A DNA stretch of 62,211 nucleotides, counting the filler, from Actinomycetota bacterium (GTDB lineage Bacteria; Actinomycetota; Actinomycetes; JAKEEW01): assembly GCA_046725875.1 (NCBI GenBank). It is 5 parts of 5 records of this genome, joined end to end, with 100 filler letters (N's around TTAATTAATTAA, not from the genome) between each part and the next. Parts side by side here need not be neighbours in the genome. Positions count along the whole stretch, not along the records: positions 35,683 to 49,610 come from JBKOZJ010000118.1; positions 49,711 to 55,722 come from JBKOZJ010000119.1; 3 more parts are not named here. One strand, given 5' to 3'. The notes below the pieces were generated by a model that had not been told where the DNA came from, did no database searches, and saw only the letters and a list, made by a program, of their open reading frames with translations. Positions 40,467-50,699 of the stretch are shown here, in pieces; positions within the stretch are counted from its first letter, which is position 1; each line of letters begins with the position of its first letter. Both the position numbers and the translations under genes were made by a program.

Positions 40467-41864
40467 TCACTCGACACGCTGGCCCTCGGGGGTGTCGATG
40501 ACCTTGACACCGTGGGTGGCGAGCTCGTCCCGCAGTCGGTCGGACTCGGTCCAGTTCTTGGTGGCTCGGGCGGCCGCCCGGGCGTCGAGCAGCTCGGTCA
40601 CCTCGGCGGGAAGCACAGCGGTCTCTTTCGGCTTGCCGACGTCCCGGGCGAGATCCAGACCGAGCAAGCGGTCGAGATGGGCAAACGCCTCGAACTTCGC
40701 GCCCGCGGGAATCTCAGTGTCCTTCTCGAGACGGCGCAGGGCCTGCAGCGCGGCGGGCGTGTCGAGATCATCGGCGAACGCCTCGTACACCTCCGCAAGG
40801 TAGGCCGACGGCATCGGCTGGCTCGCTGCCTCGGCCCACTCCGCCACCCGCTCCCGCCAGCGCGCCAGGGTGCGGTCGGCGGCGCCGATCGCGGCCCAGG
40901 TGAGATTCATCTGCTGCCGGTAGCGGTGCTCCAGGAAGGCCAGCCGCAGCGCCAGCGGGTCGTGGCCGCGACTCATGACGTCGGACAGGAGCACCACGTT
41001 GCCGGTTGACTTGGCCATCTTGCGGCCTTCGAAGAGCAAGTGCTCGCCGTGCACCCAGTGCCGGACCACGTCGTGCCCGACGGCCGCGTTCGACTGCGCC
41101 CGCTCGTCCTCGTGGTGCGGGAACCGGAGGTCGATCCCGCCGACGTGGACGTCCACGTCCTCGCCCAGATGCTGCAGCAGCAGCGCCGAGCACTCGACGT
41201 GCCATCCCGGGAAGCCGTACCCCCACGGCGAGTCCCACACCAGCTCGCGGCGCGCGGGCTCGGCCGCCTTCCACAGCGCCCAGTCGGCATGGAAACGCTT
41301 GTTCTCGTCTATCGTGCCCTCGAAGCGGTGTCCGGGCCGCAGTTGCTCCAGCCGGTTGCCGGAAATCTCGCCGTACGACTCGAAGGACGCAGCATCGAAG
41401 AACACCGATCCGTTGTCCGCGACGTACGCGTTGCCCTTGTCGACCAGCCGTCGAACGAGGCCGAGCATGAGCGGCATCGACTCGGACGCGCGCGGATAAA
41501 GATCGACCGGCCTTACATTCAGGGCCGCCAAGTCGGCATGGAACCGGTCTTCGTAGTGCCGAGCGATCTCCAGCGGGTCGCGCCCGGTCCGCCGCGCCTC
41601 GGCGAGCAGCTTGTCCTCGCCGAGCGCGTCCAGCGCCGTATCGTCCTCGAGGTGCCCGACATCGGTGATGTTTTGTACAGCCCGCACTCGCCAGCCCTGC
41701 GCCTCCGCTACCCGGCGGATCAGGTCGCCCAGGAGGAAGGTGCGGAGGTTGCCGACATGTGCATCGCGGTAGACGGTCGGACCGCAGCAATACATGCGCA
41801 GCATGCCCCGCGTGGCCGGGATGATCTCTTCGACCGCGCGCGTCCGCGTGTCATATAACCGCAC
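40467..41864 (-). CDS. cysS: Cysteine--tRNA ligase (CysS-like)
   Basis: CGPTVY, HVGN (HIGH), PGWHVECS, GGIDLRFPHHE, KMAKS, DDLDTP, anticodon-domain-like C-terminus. Confidence 0.9.
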   Translation of the reverse strand: MRLYDTRTRAVEEIIPATRGMLRMYCCGPTVYRDAHVGNLRTFLLGDLIRRVAEAQGWRVRAVQNITDVGHLEDDTALDALGEDKLLAEARRTGRDPLEIARHYEDRFHADLAALNVRPVDLYPRASESMPLMLGLVRRLVDKGNAYVADNGSVFFDAASFESYGEISGNRLEQLRPGHRFEGTIDENKRFHADWALWKAAEPARRELVWDSPWGYGFPGWHVECSALLLQHLGEDVDVHVGGIDLRFPHHEDERAQSNAAVGHDVVRHWVHGEHLLFEGRKMAKSTGNVVLLSDVMSRGHDPLALRLAFLEHRYRQQMNLTWAAIGAADRTLARWRERVAEWAEAASQPMPSAYLAEVYEAFADDLDTPAALQALRRLEKDTEIPAGAKFEAFAHLDRLLGLDLARDVGKPKETAVLPAEVTELLDARAAARATKNWTESDRLRDELATHGVKVIDTPEGQRVE

Positions 41865-41914
41865 GCCTCAACCCTAGGACCCGGCCCGCGAGCGGCCACC
41901 GGCGGCGTTCGGGG

Positions 41915-42928
41915 TCAGCGTGACCCAGCTGGAGCGAGGCGGTAGTGGTACTTGTGGTGTCGGTGGAAGCCGAGCCGGTCGTAGAACCGGACGGCTGTCT
42001 CGTTGGCCGTGTCGACCTGAAGGTAGATCGAGTGCGCGCCGCGGTCACCGGCCCAGGTGGCCAGGCCCCGCATCACGTGCGAGCCCACACCACGCCGCCG
42101 GACTCCGGCCGCTACCTCTAGCGCGGTCACGCCTAGCCAGCCCGCGGCAAGCGCGCCACGGACGATAGCGATCACTTCGCCGGCGTCACGCACGGAGGCG
42201 AACACCGGATGGTCGGCCGAAGCGAGCACCGTCGGCGCGATGGCGGGCAGTTGGCGCCCGCGGTAGTGATAGAGCGAGAGCCACTCGTCGGTCACGGAGT
42301 CGGCGAATTCGACCGGCGGAAGGTCGTCTCGCCTCCTGGTGGCATCAAGCAGCGCCGTGACGGAGCCGGTCATGACGTGGGTAAGGTCGTACGCGGTCCA
42401 GCCGCGGGCGGACAGCGCCTCGTCCAGTCCGTACATAACTGGTAGAGGCACCTGGAAACGACCGGGCAGGCCGCGTTGTGCGTACCACGCAGCGACCTCG
42501 GCCAGCGCTTCGTCGAGCGGCCGGCCGGGGTCGCCGAGCGGGAGAACCGAGTTGCCGCGGCCCGTGAAGCCGTCGCTCGCCCGTAGCAGCCAGCGGCCCG
42601 TCCAGCGGGACTCCAGGCCGAGCCAGCCCCGAGAGGCGATCTCTTCGAGCTCGATCTGGCCGATCACGACGTGCGCGGGAACCCGGCCGCCCGGGCCAGC
42701 GGCGCGGGTCGGTGGCGGCGGGACAACCTTGCCGGCGACGAGCCGATCCTCGGCGACCTCCGCGATAGAGCCGTCCCGGCGTTTGATCCGCAACGCACCG
42801 CCGGTCCACCGGATCAAGTCGCCGACCACGTCGGTAAGCATCTCGTCGTCGGTGCGCAGGCGTACCGAGACCCGACGGCCGACGTCAGCCGCGCTGATTG
42901 AAACGACATAAGCGGGTACAAAGCTCAT
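41915..42928 (-). CDS. GNAT acetyltransferase with N-terminal SH3-like domain
   Basis: GRRVSVR..TDVVG, GFTGRGNS, RRRGVG, YLQV, FYDRLGF; divergent from fdxA. Confidence 0.88.
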   Translation of the reverse strand: MSFVPAYVVSISAADVGRRVSVRLRTDDEMLTDVVGDLIRWTGGALRIKRRDGSIAEVAEDRLVAGKVVPPPPTRAAGPGGRVPAHVVIGQIELEEIASRGWLGLESRWTGRWLLRASDGFTGRGNSVLPLGDPGRPLDEALAEVAAWYAQRGLPGRFQVPLPVMYGLDEALSARGWTAYDLTHVMTGSVTALLDATRRRDDLPPVEFADSVTDEWLSLYHYRGRQLPAIAPTVLASADHPVFASVRDAGEVIAIVRGALAAGWLGVTALEVAAGVRRRGVGSHVMRGLATWAGDRGAHSIYLQVDTANETAVRFYDRLGFHRHHKYHYRLAPAGSR

Positions 42929-43098
42929 CGATCACGAGTCCTGTCTGCCACCAGTTGCACGGACCACCTGGACGACAGCGATACTAGGGTTGCCTAACCA
43001 GGGATACTCGGCTCCTGCCTGGCTGGACACCGTGTCCGATGGGAAGATAGCCGGGTTGGCCCCAGGCCGCGGTGGGACGCGCAAGGAGGAATCAGGAC

Positions 43099-43425
43099 GT
43101 GACCTACGTCATCGCGCAGCCCTGCGTCGACCTCAAGGACAAGGCCTGCATCGACGAGTGCCCCGTCGACTGCATTTACGAGGGCGAGCGGATGCTCTAC
43201 ATCCATCCTGACGAGTGCGTCGACTGTGGAGCGTGTGAGCCCGTGTGCCCGGTGGAGGCGATCTTCTACGAGGACGACGTACCGGAGCAGTGGAAGGACT
43301 ACTACAAGGCGAACGTCGAGTTCTTTGATGACCTCGGTTCGCCCGGGGGTGCTTCGAAGCTCGGTCTCATCGAGAAGGACCACCCGCTCATCGCGGCGTT
43401 GCCACCCCAGGAGACCGAAGCCTGA
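43099..43425 (+). CDS. fdxA: 7Fe ferredoxin
   Basis: TYVIAQPCVD..CIDECPVDC..ECVDCGACEPVCPVEAI; AAGGAGG RBS. Confidence 0.97.
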   Translation: MTYVIAQPCVDLKDKACIDECPVDCIYEGERMLYIHPDECVDCGACEPVCPVEAIFYEDDVPEQWKDYYKANVEFFDDLGSPGGASKLGLIEKDHPLIAALPPQETEA

Positions 43426-44582
43426 GCGATCGCAAGAAACGCCCATTCCACGTCCTTCCAGACTTCCCGTGGGACGTGCTCGAGCCGTACGGGATGACCG
43501 CAGCGGCACACCCGGACGGGATCGTCGACCTGTCGATCGGAACGCCGGTCGACGCCACTCCGGCGATCGTGCGCGAGGCGTTGGCCGGCGCCGCAGATGC
43601 GCCCGGCTATCCGAAGACCGAGGGCACGGTCCAGCTTCGCGTCGCGGCCACCGGTTGGCTCGCGCGACGGCTCGGTATCGCGGTCGATCGGGCGGCGGTG
43701 CTGCCGCTGATCGGCACGAAGGAGTTCGTCGCCGCGCTTCCTTCGTTGCTGGGCCTCGGCCCGGGCGACCAGGTGGTCTTCCCGGAACTCGGGTATCCGA
43801 CCTACGACGTCGGCGCCCGGTTGGCGGCTGCGACACCGATTGCCGCACCGCTTCCGAACGTTGGCGATGGCGCCGGGCCGGCCGGAAGCGGCGGCCTCGA
43901 CCGGGTCCCGGAGCTCGATCCGGCCCGAGTTCGGCTGGTCTGGCTGAATTCACCATCCAACCCGACCGGACGGGTCCTGTCGGCGGCGGAGCTGCGTGAT
44001 GTCGTCGAGTGGGCGCGCGACCTCGGTGCTGTGGTGGCGAGCGACGAGTGCTATGTCGAACTCGGCTGGGAGGCCAAGCCCGTCTCGGTACTTCATCCTG
44101 ACGTCTGCGCCGGCAGTCATGACGGCCTGCTCGCCGTCCACTCGCTGTCCAAGCGGTCCAACCTTGCCGGCTACCGGGCCGGGTTCGTCACGGGGGACCC
44201 GCAACTGGTCAGCGAGTTTCTCGAGGTGCGAAAGCACGCGGGGCTCATGATGCCCAGGCCGGTGCAGGCGGCTATGGTGGCCGCGCTCGGCGACGACGCG
44301 CACGTGACCGAGCAGCGAGAGGTGTACCGGACACGCCGGGGGGCGCTGCGGACTGCCTTCCGCGCGGCCGGCTTCAGTGTCGAGCACAGCGCGGGTGGCC
44401 TCTATCTGTGGGCCACCCGCGGTGAGCCATGCTGGGATACGGTTGGGGCGCTTGCGAAGACGGGGATCCTCGTCGCACCAGGCGAGTTCTACGGTCCGGC
44501 CGGCGCCCGCCACGTCCGGATCGCCATCACCGCCACGGACGAGCGGGTCGCCGCGGCTGTCGCCCGCCTTACGACCACATGA
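43422..44582 (+). CDS. dapC: N-succinyldiaminopimelate aminotransferase (probable CTG start; first canonical start 43476)
   Basis: LPDFPWD, DLSIGTP, NSPSNPTG, SDECY, SLSKRSNLAGYRAG; follows fdxA. Confidence 0.92.
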   Translation: MSDRKKRPFHVLPDFPWDVLEPYGMTAAAHPDGIVDLSIGTPVDATPAIVREALAGAADAPGYPKTEGTVQLRVAATGWLARRLGIAVDRAAVLPLIGTKEFVAALPSLLGLGPGDQVVFPELGYPTYDVGARLAAATPIAAPLPNVGDGAGPAGSGGLDRVPELDPARVRLVWLNSPSNPTGRVLSAAELRDVVEWARDLGAVVASDECYVELGWEAKPVSVLHPDVCAGSHDGLLAVHSLSKRSNLAGYRAGFVTGDPQLVSEFLEVRKHAGLMMPRPVQAAMVAALGDDAHVTEQREVYRTRRGALRTAFRAAGFSVEHSAGGLYLWATRGEPCWDTVGALAKTGILVAPGEFYGPAGARHVRIAITATDERVAAAVARLTTT

Positions 44583-44674
44583 TCGCCGCCCGCGCCGCCC
44601 AACCGCGAGTCTGAGCCGGAGCCACGGTGATCGCAGACGATGAAGGTCGGCCGCCGCGCATAGGATCGTCCGCC

Positions 44675-45505
44675 ATGGTGCACACCAGCCCGATCGACCC
44701 GGCCGTGGAGGAGCTCTGGGAGCTTAGAGCCGAGCTCACGCCCGCGGACCAAGACGCGCGCAAGATCGTCACCAGTGCCGTCGACCTGCTCGACGCCGGC
44801 CACGCGCGGGTCGCGTACGTGGATGAGACGAGCGACAAAGTGGTCGTGGACGAGCGGGCAAAGCAGGCGATCCTGCTGTCCTTCCGCGTGCTCGATCTCA
44901 CCGACGTGCAGGTCGGCGACTTCCGCTATCAGGACCGCGTGCCGCTGAAGCGGCGGCTTGACGGGGTACGAGTCGTGCCAGGTGCGATCGCCCGGTGGGG
45001 CTCGTACATCGCGCCGGGCGTTGTCCTGATGCCGTCCTTCACCAACATCGGCAGCTACGTCGACGCGGGGACCATGGTCGACACCTGGGCGACGGTCGGT
45101 TCTTGTGCCCAAATCGGCAAGCGCGTACACCTCTCCGGCGGTGTGGGCATCGGAGGTGTACTCGAACCGCCGCAGGCCGAGCCGGTGATGATCGAGGACG
45201 ACGCACTGATCGGTAGCCGGTCGATGGTTGTCGAAGGAGCCCGGGTCGGCCGCGGGGCCGTTCTCGGCGCCGGGACGATCCTGTCGAGATCGATGCCGGT
45301 GATCGACGCCGAAACCGGCCGGGAGCTCTCCCGCGGCTATGTGCCATCGTGGTCGGTCGCGGTGACCGGCACGAGGGCGCGGGAATTCCCAGGCGGGACG
45401 TTCGGGCTCCCGTGTGTCCTCGTCATCAAGCGCCTCGCCGAGGGGGAGCGGCACGACAAGGCACAGCTGAATGAGTTGCTCCGCGCCCACGGCCTGACCG
45501 GATAG
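44675..45505 (+). CDS. dapD: Tetrahydrodipicolinate N-succinyltransferase
   Basis: KQAILLSFR, MVDTWATVGSCAQIG, HLSGGVGIGGVLEP hexapeptide region. Confidence 0.93.
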   Translation: MVHTSPIDPAVEELWELRAELTPADQDARKIVTSAVDLLDAGHARVAYVDETSDKVVVDERAKQAILLSFRVLDLTDVQVGDFRYQDRVPLKRRLDGVRVVPGAIARWGSYIAPGVVLMPSFTNIGSYVDAGTMVDTWATVGSCAQIGKRVHLSGGVGIGGVLEPPQAEPVMIEDDALIGSRSMVVEGARVGRGAVLGAGTILSRSMPVIDAETGRELSRGYVPSWSVAVTGTRAREFPGGTFGLPCVLVIKRLAEGERHDKAQLNELLRAHGLTG

Positions 45506-45594
45506 GGAACGCCCCGAAGTTTTGATCGCTTCACTGCAGAACTTCGCGGAGACCCCGCCGCGGTGGCTGAGCGCCGAAGGTCAGGCGATCGACC

Positions 45595-45918
45595 TCAAGC
45601 TGTTCCAGCGGGCTCGGGCTCGCTTCTGGAGCTCGCATGGTGAGCGACCCAGCGCTCGGCGACAAAAGACATGAACGGAATGGTCCCGGCGAGCATGACA
45701 AGAAGCATCCGGCCTAGTGGCCACTTCAGCCGGAACGCGAGGTCGATCGTGAAGATCAGGTAGACGACATAGAGGAAGCCGTGGATCGGCCCGACCACTT
45801 GTACAAGGCTGGGGTTGTCGCCGATGTACTTCACCGGCATCGCCACGAAGACCAGTACGAGCAGCATCACTCCGACCACGTATGCCATGACGCGATAGCG
45901 AATCAACGCGCCCTTCAC
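45595..45918 (-). CDS. DUF3817 family membrane protein
   Basis: RYRVMAYVVG, HGFLYVVY, AGTIPF..FVAER. Confidence 0.85.
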   Translation of the reverse strand: MKGALIRYRVMAYVVGVMLLVLVFVAMPVKYIGDNPSLVQVVGPIHGFLYVVYLIFTIDLAFRLKWPLGRMLLVMLAGTIPFMSFVAERWVAHHASSRSEPEPAGTA

Positions 45919-46781
45919 GATCCGCGAACCTCCTTTGCCCGGTCGACATCGGCCGTCTCGACCGTCCCGGCGGCGACTCTATCTCCCGCTGGATCCGGAT
46001 CGGTCGGCTGGCCCGCGGGATGAACGCTCGGTGGTTCACCACTGGGACGGGGCGCCGCCACGCCGTTTGTCGTTGCGTGCACCGCGTCGCGCGCCAGTCG
46101 CCACCACAGAGCGACGGCGAACACCGCGAACAGCCACCACTGAATCGCATACGCCGTGTTCTGCAGTGGGAAGCTACCCCGGGGGGCCGCACGCAACGGC
46201 GCGTCCACCGGCTCGGGGCCAAGATCGGCGGGAGGCGTCTGCTGGGTCAGCACGATGTACCCGTCGTAGATGTCATACGGGAGGCGCTGGATCAGCTCGG
46301 TGGTGGTGATCGAGGTGATCTCGCCGCCAAGGCCGGTCGTTGGCTCACCCAGTGGCTCGGATGGCTGGAGCCGGCCGGTCACCGTGACCCGACCCGTTGC
46401 CGGCTCCCCCGCCGGGTCGGCCGGCTCCGCGACCCAGCCGCGGACGACCATCACCGCCGGACCGGTGGTCGTCCGCAGCGGCGTGAGCAGCCAGTAGCCC
46501 GGCCGGCCGTGCTGCACACGATCGGCGACCAGCAGCTGATGTGCCCCGTCGTACTCTCCGGATGCGGTCATCCGGCGGCCCACCTCGTCGCCTGGCACCC
46601 CGGCGGTCGGGCCCATCAAGTCGGCCAGGGCGATCGGCGGCTTGTCCACGTCCGACTTCGGCTTGGCCTCGGCCCGCGCCCGATCGAGCTGCCAATTTCC
46701 CAGGCCGCAGAACGCTACGACGACGGCGACGAGCAGCACGTGCAGCGCCAGCCACCGTGGCGTTAGTACGGCCCTGACCAC
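45915..46781 (-). CDS. SURF1 family protein
   Basis: LGNWQLDR, GYWLLTPL, VVRGWV, YAIQWWLFA. Confidence 0.9.
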   Translation of the reverse strand: MVRAVLTPRWLALHVLLVAVVVAFCGLGNWQLDRARAEAKPKSDVDKPPIALADLMGPTAGVPGDEVGRRMTASGEYDGAHQLLVADRVQHGRPGYWLLTPLRTTTGPAVMVVRGWVAEPADPAGEPATGRVTVTGRLQPSEPLGEPTTGLGGEITSITTTELIQRLPYDIYDGYIVLTQQTPPADLGPEPVDAPLRAAPRGSFPLQNTAYAIQWWLFAVFAVALWWRLARDAVHATTNGVAAPRPSGEPPSVHPAGQPTDPDPAGDRVAAGTVETADVDRAKEVRGS

Positions 46782-46819
46782 CCCACCAAGTTAGTGCGCC
46801 TGATCTAGTGTTCATCCCC

Positions 46820-47878
46820 ATGGGGCTTGACTTGGAGATGGACGCGGTCGAGCTGACCGCCGCCCTGGTCGACATCCCGTCCGTGAGCGGTGGCGAGAAG
46901 CGGATCGCGGACGAGATTGATGCCGCGCTGCGGCCGCTTTCGCATTTGCGGCTGACCCGGATGGGCAACAACCTGGTCGCCCGAACGGAGCTGGGACGGT
47001 CGGAGCGGGTCGTGATCGCCGGTCATCTCGACACGGTCCCGATCGCCGGGAACCTGCCCTCTCGGCGGGTAGGCGATCTGCTCTACGGCTGCGGATCATG
47101 TGACATGAAAAGCGGCGTGGCGGTCGCGCTGCGCCTCGCGGCGACCATTCCGGCGCCAGGCCGCGACGTCACCTTCGCGTTCTACGAGTGCGAGGAGGTC
47201 GAGTCCGAGCGAAACGGTCTTGGGTTGGTCGCGAAGGAGCGGACCGACCTGCTCGACGGCGACTTCGCGGTGCTCATGGAACCCAGCGGTGCGACCGTAG
47301 AGGCGGGATGCCAGGGAACCCTCTTGATTGACGTGATCACCCACGGGCATCGTGCCCACAGTGCCAGGTCCTGGATGGGGCGCAACGCGATCCATGAGGC
47401 CGGCGCGATCCTGGACCGGCTTCGGCGGTACGACCCACGGCGAGTGGTTGTGGACGGCCTCGAGTATCGCGAAGGGCTCAACGCGGTGGGTGTCAGCGGC
47501 GGGGTGGCCGGCAACGTGATCCCCGACAAATGCGTCGCATCTGTGAACTACCGCTTCGCCCCGAATCGGTCGGTGGACGAGGCGATCGCGCACGTACGCG
47601 ATGTCTTCGCCGGCTTCGAGGTCGCGGTGACGGACGCGATCCAGGGAGCACTTCCGGGCCTGGAACGGCCCGCCGCAGCAGCGTTTGTTGCCGCCGTGGG
47701 CAATGCACCTCGGCCGAAGTTCGGGTGGACGGATGTGTCCCGGTTTGCGGCGCTCGGCGTTCCGGCCGTCAACTACGGTCCGGGCGATCCCAGCCTCGCG
47801 CACAGCCCGGAGGAGCACGTCCGGGTCGCCGAGATCAGAGAATGCGAGGCCCGGATGCGGGCCTGGCTCGCTCGTTGA
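46820..47878 (+). CDS. dapE: Succinyl-diaminopimelate desuccinylase
   Basis: GHLDTVP, GSCDMKSG, ECEEV, AHSARSW, GWTDV, GPGDPSLAH. Confidence 0.94.
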   Translation: MGLDLEMDAVELTAALVDIPSVSGGEKRIADEIDAALRPLSHLRLTRMGNNLVARTELGRSERVVIAGHLDTVPIAGNLPSRRVGDLLYGCGSCDMKSGVAVALRLAATIPAPGRDVTFAFYECEEVESERNGLGLVAKERTDLLDGDFAVLMEPSGATVEAGCQGTLLIDVITHGHRAHSARSWMGRNAIHEAGAILDRLRRYDPRRVVVDGLEYREGLNAVGVSGGVAGNVIPDKCVASVNYRFAPNRSVDEAIAHVRDVFAGFEVAVTDAIQGALPGLERPAAAAFVAAVGNAPRPKFGWTDVSRFAALGVPAVNYGPGDPSLAHSPEEHVRVAEIRECEARMRAWLAR

Positions 47879-47969
47879 CGTCAACGGGCCGAAACCACCG
47901 GCGATGTTAAACCGTCCGCCCACTGGGGAGGCGGTCGGGCGCAGTGAAACTGACGTAGCCTCCGATCTC

Positions 47970-48827
47970 ATGGGTACAGAGTTTGTCCCTCCCGAGGACA
48001 TGTCGATCCATCCCGACCGCCCGCTGGAGAAGCACCGCGGGCCGGTGCTGCTGCGGCGTCGCCAGGTTCCGGAGAGGAGTACTACCGACCAGCGGTTGCT
48101 CGATGGGCGCGGGCCGGTCGACTGGGTCCACACGGACCCGTGGCGGGTGCTGCGGATCCAGTCCGAGTTCGTCGAAGGCTTCGGCATGCTCGCCGAACTG
48201 GGGCCCGCCGTGAGCGTGTTCGGGTCGGCGCGGACGCCCAGGGACCACCCGGAATACGCTCTCACGGAGCGGATTGGCCGGCTGCTCGCCGAGGCCGGCT
48301 ACGCCGTGATCACCGGCGGCGGTCCCGGGACGATGGAGGCCGCCAACAAGGGCTGCTCGCAGGCAGGCGGGGTCTCGGTGGGTCTCGGCATCGAGCTTCC
48401 GTTCGAGCAGGGCTTGAACGAATGGGTTGATATTGGCATCAACTTCCGCTACTTCTTCGCCCGGAAGATGATGTTCGTCAAGTACGCGCAGGCATTCGTC
48501 GTTGTTCCCGGCGGCTTCGGAACGATGGACGAGCTGTTCGAGTCGTTGGTTCTCGTACAAACGCAGAAGGTCACGCAGTTCCCGGTGCTGCTCGTTGGGA
48601 CCGAGTTCTGGCGCGGTCTGGTGGACTGGATGACCGACACGCTGGTCTCGACGAAGAAGATCTCCATGCCCGACCTCGATCTCTTCCAGGTCACGGACGA
48701 CCCGGCGGAGGTCGTGTCGATCATCAAAGACTCGGAGGTCGTCCGGCGGGAGCAAGAGGAGGAGGCGCTACGCGACCTGGCGGAGTCGACCGCCAGCGCG
48801 GCCGAGTCGGACGGTGCCGACGACTAG
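47970..48827 (+). CDS. LOG family protein (TIGR00730, Rossmann fold)
   Basis: VFGSAR, ITGGGPG.MEAANKG, PGGFGTMDE. Confidence 0.93.
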   Translation: MGTEFVPPEDMSIHPDRPLEKHRGPVLLRRRQVPERSTTDQRLLDGRGPVDWVHTDPWRVLRIQSEFVEGFGMLAELGPAVSVFGSARTPRDHPEYALTERIGRLLAEAGYAVITGGGPGTMEAANKGCSQAGGVSVGLGIELPFEQGLNEWVDIGINFRYFFARKMMFVKYAQAFVVVPGGFGTMDELFESLVLVQTQKVTQFPVLLVGTEFWRGLVDWMTDTLVSTKKISMPDLDLFQVTDDPAEVVSIIKDSEVVRREQEEEALRDLAESTASAAESDGADD

Positions 48828-48982
48828 CGTGCCGGCCGCTGAACAACCCTGCCCCCTGTGGTTGACCGTCCGGCGCCGTCCTCGACCCCACCTCACCATC
48901 ACCGTGCAGCGGGCCTGCCGCCTTCCGCTGGAATGTGCGCCGCAAGCCGCGGCCTGTCGGTTGGTCGTGGCACGATCGGGGC

Positions 48983-49471
48983 GTGTACTGGTTCTTCACG
49001 GCGCTGATCGTTGTCATGCTGATCGCGATTGCGCTGATCGCGGCGGGCCGCGGCGACTCGATGGCACAGGCGTGGCCGGATCGCCGCTATCTCTCGCTAC
49101 CCGAGGACCGGTCGCTCACAGCGGACGACGTCGAGTCGCTGCGGCTGGCAGTCGCCTTCCGCGGTTATCGAATGGAGGAGGTCGACGACCTCCTGGACCG
49201 GATCAGTGTCGAGCTGGCGGCCAGGGACACCTACATCGAGCGTCTGCGACAGGAGCTCGCCGGTGCGGCCGGCGAGGCGGGGCATGGCCACGGCGGCCCG
49301 GCCGCGCCGCCCGCGGAGACCACGGAAGCATCAGCCGAGCCAGGAGCCACTGCCCGCGATCCATGGGCACCCCCACGGCGGCGTGGCGAGCCGCCCGATG
49401 ATCATCGGGATGCGAAACAGTCCGCGAGCGGGCTGGAGGCCCGCAGCGACCAGGCGCGTAGCGGGCAATGA
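48983..49471 (+). CDS. DivIVA domain-containing membrane protein
   Basis: N-terminal TM then FRGYRMEEVDDLLDR. Confidence 0.85.
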   Translation: MYWFFTALIVVMLIAIALIAAGRGDSMAQAWPDRRYLSLPEDRSLTADDVESLRLAVAFRGYRMEEVDDLLDRISVELAARDTYIERLRQELAGAAGEAGHGHGGPAAPPAETTEASAEPGATARDPWAPPRRRGEPPDDHRDAKQSASGLEARSDQARSGQ

Positions 49472-49610
49472 GCAGCGGGCCAGTTCCCGGCGACGACGGC
49501 CGGCTCCGCTGCCCCTGGGCCTTGTCGGCGCCCGAATATCTCGCTTATCACGACGGCGAGTGGGGCCGGCCGGTCCACGGTGACGACCTGTTGTTCGAGC
49601 GGCTGACGCT
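49468..49610 (+). CDS. tag: DNA-3-methyladenine glycosylase I, truncated by contig edge
   Basis: RCPW..YHDGEWGRPV.GD..LFERL; ATGA overlap with upstream gene. Confidence 0.9.
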
Positions 49611-49710
49611 NNNNNNNNNNNNNNNNNNNNNNNNNNNNNNNNNNNNNNNNNNNNTTAATTAATTAANNNNNNNNNNNNNNNNNNNNNNNNNNNNNNNNNN
49701 NNNNNNNNNN
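49611..49710. other. Artificial contig spacer
   Basis: N44-TTAATTAATTAA-N44. Confidence 0.99.
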
Positions 49711-50477
49711 GGAACTTCGAGGCCTTCGTCGGCGATGAGGATCTCACCACCGAAGGCCTCTGCCGCCTCGACGCATGACCGTTCCCGGTCGTTGCCCGGC
49801 CAGAAGTGGGTGAGCAGCAGCCGCTGGGCGCTGGCCGCCGCCGCCACCGCACCGGCCTCGCGCGCGGTAAGGTGCATTCCTGGTCTGGCCGATCCCGGCT
49901 GGGCTGGGCCTTGCTGATCGCGGCTGGTGGCCTCGACAAGATAGATGTCGGCTGCCCGGCCGAGCTCGGTCAGGGCGGCATCCGGTCCGGTGTCACCGGT
50001 ATAGGAGATGGTCAGACCGGGTGCGGTGAGCCGTACCCCGGCGTTGGGCACGTAGTGCGGCAGCGGCCGGCTGTCCAGCCGGAACGGCCCGACCTCGTAG
50101 GGTCCGGCGGGTAGCGGGTGCCAGTCGAAGACCTGCCGCACCGCCGGGACATCATCATCCTCCAACCCGGCCACCTGGGCGACGACCCCTTCGGGTGCAT
50201 ACAGCGGGATGGCCGGTGCCTCGGGTCGGCCAAACCATCGGGCTCGAAATAGGCCGTGCAGGTCGATCATGTGGTCGGGGTGCTGGTGTGTCACGATCAC
50301 TGCGTCGACCCCGTTCGCGACCGTGGAGTCGAGCAGTCCAAGCAGACGCGGCAGGGTTCCATAACCGAGGTCCAGAACCACCCGCGCGCCGCGATGTTCC
50401 ACAACGAACCCGCTGCATGCGCGGCCGGCCTCCGGCCAGGCGCCGCAGCCGCCGAGAACGACCAGTCGGCTACTCAC
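49711..50477 (-). CDS. MBL-fold metallo-hydrolase (RNase Z-like), 3' end at contig edge
   Basis: LDLGYG, THQHPDH, YTGDTG, HLTA, LTHFWP. Confidence 0.9.
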
Positions 50478-50498
50478 CGGACCAGCCTCGCACCGTCG

Positions 50499-50699
50499 TA
50501 ACGCGCTGCCGATCTGGGGCAAATGCCACGCTCACCACGGTGATGTCGAGGATGGCCATGAACCCTGCCAGGGAGAGCAGGATGACGATCAGCCATCCTG
50601 GGCTATCCCCACCACAGCCAACGGCACCAGCAGCACCCGACCGGCACCGAGCCCAACGAGCATGAGGAACCGCGTCCGTCGACCCACCGTGGCCGTCAT
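50499..50699 (-). pseudogene. Mosaic relic: 36-aa hydrophobic ORF coupled to blaI, then a frameshifted DHA2 (EmrB/QacA) MFS N-terminal fragment
   Basis: ATG 50699 overlaps blaI stop, TGA at 50589; shifted frame LSLAGFMAILDITVVSVA / LPQIGSAL. Confidence 0.6.

Noticed and set aside
40467..41864. mshC
   Set aside because: It has CysRS-type motifs and an anticodon-binding-like C-terminus that MshC lacks
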